This document shows, one piece after another, positions 57,098 through 64,000 of a stretch of DNA of 64,000 nucleotides; position 1 is the first letter of the stretch, and each line of letters opens with the position of its first letter. Position numbers and translations under genes: made by a program. The notes beneath the pieces are model-generated. The model was not told where the DNA came from. It saw nothing but the letters and a program-made list of their open reading frames with translations, and did no database searches. This DNA is from Candidatus Acetothermia bacterium. GTDB lineage: Bacteria; Bipolaricaulota; Bipolaricaulia; RBG-16-55-9. Where the stretch lies: positions 106,631 to 170,630 of the forward strand of contig JACQCZ010000014.1 in the NCBI GenBank assembly GCA_016201405.1. Direction: 5' to 3'.

Positions 57098-58204
57098 CTA
57101 TCGTCTTCCTCTCGGATCGAGTGCGTCGCGCAATCCGTCGCCAAGGAAGTTAAAGCAGAGCACCGTGAGAAAAATGCAGATGCCTGGGAAGAGGGCCACA
57201 AAGATACCATTCGGCTGAAAGATTAGATCTTGGGCCATCGCCAGCATGTTGCCCCAGGAGACTGTCGGCTCTTTGATCCCGAATCCGAGAAATGAGAGAC
57301 CCGATTCGGTCAGAATTGCATCTCCCACCCAGAGTGTTGCCTGAACAATGATGAGATGCATCGTGTTAGGCAGTAGATGGCGCACAATAATCCGGAGTTT
57401 TGAGAAGCCCATCGAATGGGCGGCCTGAATGAAGTCACGCTCACGCAGGCTGAGGATCTCTCCTCGCACCAGGCGCGCCGTGCTCATCCAAGAGAGTAAG
57501 ACAATGACCAAGATAATAATCACAATACTTTCGGAATCTCCCAGCGCCGCCCGCATATTTTTGATGAATGCTGCGTCGCTTGTAGCCAGCAGACCTGACG
57601 TAATGAGAAGCAGGGGCAAAGTGGGAATTGAAAGCATAATATCAATGAAGCGGCTGATCAGAACATCAATACGCCCTCCGAAGAAGGCGGCGAACCCACC
57701 CAGCATCGCTCCCAGCAGAGTCGCTGCAAGCGCCGCCACAAATCCTACGATCAGCGAAACACGCCCCCCATACATGACCCGCGTCAAAATGTCACGACCC
57801 AGCTGATCTGTCCCCAAAGGATGTAAGCCACACTCCCAGATGAGAACTTCCGGTCTGATGCAGTGGCCCACGAGACGTGAGTCCGACGGGACTTCGGTGA
57901 TTGGGCCGCATGGATGCGCGGCTCCAAATTGCCCTGGCGGCAGACCTCCACATTCCCGGAGAAGAAGCTGACGATTCTGTTCAGTCGGCTCGTAGGGGCT
58001 TAAAATGGGTGCCAAAATGGCGACCAGCACGAAGAAGGTGATGAACGAGATGCCAACGATCGCTCCTTTATGCCGGCGAAAGCGCCTCCAGGCGAGTTGT
58101 CCCGCAGAGGGCCCATAATCAATCTTTTGATTACGATTTCGCGACCCGGGAGCCTTACCTTGCTTACCCGCTAAGCTCTTATTCTTTTCGTGAACTCGGA
58201 TCAT
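57098..58204 (-). CDS. ABC transporter permease (peptide/nickel, DppC/OppC-like)
   Basis: 368 aa; N-terminal extension, 6 TM helices, EAA-type loop. Confidence 0.85.
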   Translation of the reverse strand: MIRVHEKNKSLAGKQGKAPGSRNRNQKIDYGPSAGQLAWRRFRRHKGAIVGISFITFFVLVAILAPILSPYEPTEQNRQLLLRECGGLPPGQFGAAHPCGPITEVPSDSRLVGHCIRPEVLIWECGLHPLGTDQLGRDILTRVMYGGRVSLIVGFVAALAATLLGAMLGGFAAFFGGRIDVLISRFIDIMLSIPTLPLLLITSGLLATSDAAFIKNMRAALGDSESIVIIILVIVLLSWMSTARLVRGEILSLRERDFIQAAHSMGFSKLRIIVRHLLPNTMHLIIVQATLWVGDAILTESGLSFLGFGIKEPTVSWGNMLAMAQDLIFQPNGIFVALFPGICIFLTVLCFNFLGDGLRDALDPRGRR

Positions 58205-58219
58205 AGTCTCAGCTTTGCC

Positions 58220-59257
58220 TTATTCGTACCGAATTCGCGGATCGACCAGTGCGTAGACAATGTCCGCCATCAGATTGAAGAAGAGAATTAAGATGGAAAT
58301 GAACAAGAGAGAGACCATCGCCACATTAAAATCGTTGTTCAGAACTGCCTCAAAGATAGCCCTTCCCATCCCCGGCCAATTGAATACTGTCTCGGTAAGC
58401 ACAGCGCCCGACATCAGGAGTGGCACAGCCAGAGCGACCAGTGTAATGATGGGTAGAATCGCATTGCGTATCTCGTGCTTGAGCACGATCGATCGCTCTG
58501 AAAGCCCTTTGGCACGTGCTGTTCTCACATAATCAAGATTCAGCACTTCCAGCATAGAGCTTCGCATAAAGCGGGTCCATGAGGCCATCTGCAGGGAGGA
58601 GAGGGCTGCTACTGGCAAGATCAGGTGCGCGATGCGATCTAAAATGACGGGCCAGAGCCCCTGAATATACATGCCGATCCCGCTTAGGCCTCCGCCAGTC
58701 TGAGCCACAACGTCATTCCACGAGGCAGCTTGCAGGCCTGCGGTCTGGACGCTGCCCGCAGGCAAAATATTCCATTTGACAGAGAAGAGATACATGAGCA
58801 TGATTCCAAGCCAAAAAATGGGAATGGAGACCCCAATAAAGTTGATGAAGGTCACACTATAGTCAAAGATGCTATGTTGCTTTAACGAGCTAAGAACACC
58901 CGTCGGTATGGCAATACAAAACGCAATTAAGAGCGACAATCCAGAAAGAATAAGCGTCAGTGGAAGTCGTTCATAAAATACATACTGTGCCGCAGGGATG
59001 CCGTGCTGTCTCGAGGGGCCAAAATCTCCTTGGGCGGCCCGCGCCAACCAGTACCAGTAGCGCACGTACCAAGGCTGATTGAGGCCATAGAGCTGAGCTA
59101 AGCGCTCATAATCAGCCGAAGTGAAGCCGGGGTTGCCGCGTCGCAATTCATCCAGCGGGTCTCCGGGCTTCAGGGCAAGGAGGCCATAGACAATGACCGA
59201 AATAATAAAAATCGTCGGAATGATCTGTAAGAGCCTTCGTAAAATATAGGTCAGCAT
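58220..59257 (-). CDS. ABC transporter permease (peptide/nickel, DppB/OppB-like)
   Basis: DppB-like N-terminus YILRRLLQIIPTIFIISVIVYGL. Start chosen at MLTYIL; the ORF extends to 59275. Confidence 0.85.
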   Translation of the reverse strand: MLTYILRRLLQIIPTIFIISVIVYGLLALKPGDPLDELRRGNPGFTSADYERLAQLYGLNQPWYVRYWYWLARAAQGDFGPSRQHGIPAAQYVFYERLPLTLILSGLSLLIAFCIAIPTGVLSSLKQHSIFDYSVTFINFIGVSIPIFWLGIMLMYLFSVKWNILPAGSVQTAGLQAASWNDVVAQTGGGLSGIGMYIQGLWPVILDRIAHLILPVAALSSLQMASWTRFMRSSMLEVLNLDYVRTARAKGLSERSIVLKHEIRNAILPIITLVALAVPLLMSGAVLTETVFNWPGMGRAIFEAVLNNDFNVAMVSLLFISILILFFNLMADIVYALVDPRIRYE

Positions 59258-59350
59258 CTTGCCCCTTGTCACCAACGCCGGGGAAGGTTGGCAGCCCCTT
59301 CCCCGGTGTCGTGATTATAGCTGATTGTATCATGAACTCTGACGAACAGA

Positions 59351-61237
59351 CTAGCGGACGGATTGAGCTCCGTTCGCGGTCCAGCCCCACTCCCATGCGT
59401 TCCAGAAGGGGGTCCTCGTCAATGGATTGCCCTTTACATAGTTGGCCAATCCAGTCTTAGCACTGATGATATCCGTTCTCTCATAGAGCGGAATGAAGGG
59501 GAGCTCGGCGCTGAAGATATCTTGCATTTTGCTGATAACGGCAGCTCTTGCGTCCAGATCGAACGTCGCAAGTGCCTGGACTCGCAATTTATCGAAATCG
59601 GAGTTGATCCAACCGATGACGTTGCCACCTGAGAAGTTGTTCGAGGCTCGGGCCAGGTTGTCATAAGCAGCCGGAGTGCTTGGATCATCAGCCCACAGCC
59701 CACCTGAGAGCTCATCGGCAGGGGCCTCGCCGATGCCACCGGCGCTCGCGAACTCAATGATTCCTTGCCAGTTGCAGTTCGATCCATTGACATAGTTGGT
59801 GCTGAAGAGAATCGCCGCTGGCTCATTGGTCGGCTCAAGAGCGATGCCCACACCCTTGAGGTCTTGCTGCAAGAAGGCTTGGGTGTTCTTACGGAAGCCG
59901 GCTGTGGTCGTCACATGAGGCAGGCGGAACTCAACTCGGCGCCCGTCTGTAGTCAATCGATCCAGAATGCCATTGCCATCGGAGTCAGCCCAGCCCAGTT
60001 GAGCCAAAATCGTCTTGGCCGCATCTTGGTTGAACTCGTAAGTATTTAAATTGGGGTTGTACCCGGTGTCACCCTTGACCACGAATGAGTTGCTTGGCAC
60101 GCCGCCAGGGAAGACGACCGGTGCAAGTGTCGCCCGGTCAATGGCCTGGATGATGGCCTGCCGGGTTCGTGGATCGCCAAGCTGCAGGTCATCAGCAATT
60201 TGACACTCTGGAAGACCGAGACCTCGCTTGGTGTAGCTGTTGAAGTTGAGCTGCTCAATAAATCCAGATGGGCTCACTTCTACGGTACCCGCATTCCCCA
60301 ACGATGTCTGAAGCTGAGACGGGTTGACGCCGGCCAAGCCGATGTCATCGGTGGCATCAACAGCTCCATTGAGAACGTTGGCCTGTAGAGTCTCTTGCGC
60401 AACGAAGTACTGAACGACTACTTCTTGGACATATTTGCTGGCATCTCCACCTGGAGGAGCAATGAAGAAGTCGCCGCGGCGGGCGAGCCTCATAAACTGG
60501 CCGCGCTGCCACTCAACGAGCTTGAATGCACCGCTGCCTACTACAGAGGTCGCTTTAGCACCTGCTGGGTCAGCACCAAGGAACTGTGCTGAAATGATGG
60601 AGGCGGCATTCCCCTGGTCCGCTTGTGCGGCGGCAACGGCACTGTTGAAGACACTCTCCCAAACGTGCTTGGGAGCCACATCATAGAAACGGGCGAGACC
60701 CAATCGGCCCGTCGGGCTGGCGTAAAAGAGATTGGGCTGGTTGTACACAATCGTGAAGCTCTTTGGATCTTTGACTTTGATCTCTTTGACGGTGTCAGAG
60801 AATGTGCGGAATGAGGCAGGAATGAACTGGTTCTGCTGTACGGTATAGGTGAAGGTCACATCGTCCGTGGTGATATCGACCCCATCACTCCACTTGGCGT
60901 CCGTGCGGATTGTCCAATCCACTTCCTGGCTGACGAAGTTGCCGCTTGAGTCTTTGTTGATCCGGACGCGGCCATTGGCCTCCGTTGGAATCTCAGTTGC
61001 CAGCCCTGGCTGGATCTTTCCGTTAGAATCAAAATAGCTAAAGCCGATGTCCATGAGCGCCAGCGCGTTCTCTTTCGTGTCCGCTGAGCCTTCCCACGGA
61101 TTGAGATTGTCCGGCTCTTGGTTGGCGCCGATGACCAAGTTGTTATGATCTGCACTGTTTACGACGGGGCTAGCGCCCGCCCACCCGGTAGAGATAAGCA
61201 TGAGAACGGCTAATACAGCTAACGACAGTCTTTTCAT
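59351..61237 (-). CDS. ABC transporter substrate-binding protein, family 5 (peptide/nickel type)
   Basis: 628 aa; signal peptide and family-5 SBP architecture; no ATPase genes in the cluster. Confidence 0.8.
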   Translation of the reverse strand: MKRLSLAVLAVLMLISTGWAGASPVVNSADHNNLVIGANQEPDNLNPWEGSADTKENALALMDIGFSYFDSNGKIQPGLATEIPTEANGRVRINKDSSGNFVSQEVDWTIRTDAKWSDGVDITTDDVTFTYTVQQNQFIPASFRTFSDTVKEIKVKDPKSFTIVYNQPNLFYASPTGRLGLARFYDVAPKHVWESVFNSAVAAAQADQGNAASIISAQFLGADPAGAKATSVVGSGAFKLVEWQRGQFMRLARRGDFFIAPPGGDASKYVQEVVVQYFVAQETLQANVLNGAVDATDDIGLAGVNPSQLQTSLGNAGTVEVSPSGFIEQLNFNSYTKRGLGLPECQIADDLQLGDPRTRQAIIQAIDRATLAPVVFPGGVPSNSFVVKGDTGYNPNLNTYEFNQDAAKTILAQLGWADSDGNGILDRLTTDGRRVEFRLPHVTTTAGFRKNTQAFLQQDLKGVGIALEPTNEPAAILFSTNYVNGSNCNWQGIIEFASAGGIGEAPADELSGGLWADDPSTPAAYDNLARASNNFSGGNVIGWINSDFDKLRVQALATFDLDARAAVISKMQDIFSAELPFIPLYERTDIISAKTGLANYVKGNPLTRTPFWNAWEWGWTANGAQSVR

Positions 61238-61476
61238 AGATACCCTCCTCTGGGATTTGATGATCTTTTGTCTCTACAGCCGGAAGCCGATGATCGCGTC
61301 ACCTCCTGCGCACCACATCCAGCCAAGAGTTTGCCTCATCAGAACATTAGCACAACTGGCTGAAACGAATCAAGTCACGGCCATCCTACCTGTAATTTTC
61401 GCCCCGCTGACAACACGGGCCGGCTCACATCTTGTCCTCTCAGAAATTGTTTTGGGAAGAGATCACTGCCATGCCC

Positions 61477-61506
61477 TTGACATGGGTGCATCTTGAAGTT
61501 TATAAT
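61477..61506 (+). promoter_or_regulatory. sigma70-type promoter of hsp20
   Basis: TTGACA at 61477-61482, 18-nt spacer, TATAAT at 61501-61506. Confidence 0.6.
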
Positions 61507-61507
61507 A

Positions 61508-61538
61508 ACTTAGCAGTCGTTAGTATAGACTGCTAAGT
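61508..61538 (+). promoter_or_regulatory. CIRCE-like inverted repeat (TTAGCAGTC-N9-GACTGCTAA) between the -10 box and the hsp20 start
   Basis: Perfect 11-bp arms with 9-nt spacer; one compensatory change per arm relative to CIRCE (TTAGCACTC-N9-GAGTGCTAA). Confidence 0.55.
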
Positions 61539-61571
61539 GAATGCGAACCATTCAGAAGGAGTGATAAGAAT

Positions 61572-62006
61572 ATGATTAGATTGCCACGAGTGTGGGTGCA
61601 GCCAGCAGGTCTAAGCCGTCATATGGATGAGATGTTCAATGAGCTCTTCACGGACTGGCCAGAGGCAGCTTCGTTCGGTCGCACAGACATCTATGAGAAG
61701 GATGGAACTCTTCTCTTTGAGACGGAGATGCCTGGGGTAAAGCGCGAGGACATCAATATCAGAGTCGAGGAGGGCCACCTCATCATAAGCGGAGAGACGA
61801 AGCGTGAGGAGAAGATTGAAGAGCAGAACTTCTTCCGCATGGGACGCCGCTATGGAAAGTTCCAGCGCTCCTTCCCGCTCCCAGAGGAGGCTGGCGATCC
61901 CAGGAAGATCGAGGCCAAGTTCCAAGATGGAATCTTGAAGGTCTCCGTGCCTCTTAGCCATTCGCTGAGAGAGAAGGATAAGCCCGTCCAGATAGCAGTC
62001 GGATAA
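61572..62006 (+). CDS. Hsp20/alpha-crystallin family small heat shock protein
   Basis: 144 aa; alpha-crystallin domain (FETEMPGVKREDINIRVEEGHLIISGE...GILKVSVP). Confidence 0.9.
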   Translation: MIRLPRVWVQPAGLSRHMDEMFNELFTDWPEAASFGRTDIYEKDGTLLFETEMPGVKREDINIRVEEGHLIISGETKREEKIEEQNFFRMGRRYGKFQRSFPLPEEAGDPRKIEAKFQDGILKVSVPLSHSLREKDKPVQIAVG

Positions 62007-62036
62007 ACACGAATAAACGGGATTTCTTGCTAGACA

Positions 62037-62076
62037 GGGGCATGGTGCTGGCTGCCATGCCCCACTTCCTTTCTTG
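62037..62076 (+). terminator. intrinsic terminator downstream of hsp20
   Basis: 9-bp GC-rich stem (ggggcatgg / ccatgcccc), 9-nt loop, T-rich tail acttcctttcttg. Confidence 0.6.
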
Positions 62077-62103
62077 ATCTGGATACATCCTCTTTTTTAT
62101 AAT
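62074..62103 (+). promoter_or_regulatory. putative sigma70-type promoter of pyrBI
   Basis: TTGATC at 62074-62079, 18-nt spacer, TATAAT at 62098-62103; RBS GAGAGGGG before ATG 62126. Confidence 0.45.
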
Positions 62104-62107
62104 GTGA

Positions 62108-63500
<1,393 letters not shown>

Positions 63501-63501
<1 letters not shown>

Positions 63502-64000
63502 TGAGGGCCTTCTTCTGCCTCGAGCTTGATTCCACTCTTAGAGAAGCAATCTCAAAGATTTCATCAAGGCTTAAACGCTCAGATGCGCGGGTTAGCTGGG
63601 TAAGACCTGCCAGCCTGCACATCACACTCAAATTTCTTGGCGACATTTCAGAAGATCTGATCCCGAAACTTAAAGAGTCCGTGCATCATGCAATCCACTC
63701 GACAGAGACGACAAGTCCTGTTTCATGTCAATTCAATCAACTGGGAGCCTTCCCCAATATCAATCGCCCGCGTGTGGTCTGGGTCGGCTGCAAAGAAGAA
63801 CCCGCAAGGCTTCAGGCTTTGGCAAAGCGGCTCGAAGAATCGCTCGCTCAATTGGGCTTTGAACCAGAGCGCGGTGGAATTGTAACGCACGTCACACTCG
63901 GCCGGGTGAAGGAAGAGGGCGCTGGCGTTGCCCGACTGGTGCAATCTATGCAAAAGATTGAGCCCTTCTCATTTCCAACAAAACTCGATCACATCACGCT
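63501..64000 (+). CDS. thpR: RNA 2',3'-cyclic phosphodiesterase / 2'-5' RNA ligase (LigT/ThpR family), 3'-partial at window end
   Basis: Hand-translated from ATG 63501 (1-nt overlap with the pyrI stop): MRAFFCLELD...; two H-x-T-x motifs (HITLKF and HVTLGRV). Not in the ORF track because no stop lies within the window. Confidence 0.7.

Overview
Densely coding bacterial chromosomal segment with about 65 protein genes on both strands; I found no rRNA, tRNA, CRISPR array, transposase or integrase. All calls rest on reading motifs in the supplied six-frame translations; no database search was run. Housekeeping genes include alaS, the prs-ctc(L25)-pth cluster, ruvX, pcm, pyrF, pyrB-pyrI, a 2'-5' RNA ligase (partial at the window end), hsp20, M32 and M42 peptidases, modABC, two ABC importers without ATPase genes in cis, and a heterodimeric ABC exporter. 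Several genes are of the type usually seen in archaea: Pus10 and TrmY (tRNA pseudouridine-54 formation and N1-methylation), NadM-type NMN adenylyltransferase and pyrBI. The strongest candidate for an undescribed system is a tightly coupled seven-gene operon (20031-30721): three uncharacterised membrane or secreted proteins, one with a long polar disordered region, followed by MoxR AAA+ ATPase, DUF58 and two large BatA/BatB-like VWA membrane proteins. Other items worth a second look: a PspA / DUF4004 / bactofilin-like / zinc-ribbon envelope cluster (38767-42175); an ArsR-type regulator with a palindromic operator and a Tat-signal peptide ending in four vicinal Cys pairs (34402-35087); a palindromic repeat insertion at the 3' end of modC (38366-38650); a CIRCE-like inverted repeat at the hsp20 promoter; a secreted VWA / coiled-coil / C-terminal TM giant protein; a PKD-PKD-cupredoxin lipoprotein; an orphan Cas4-like nuclease; and an ATP-grasp / PP-loop enzyme pair.
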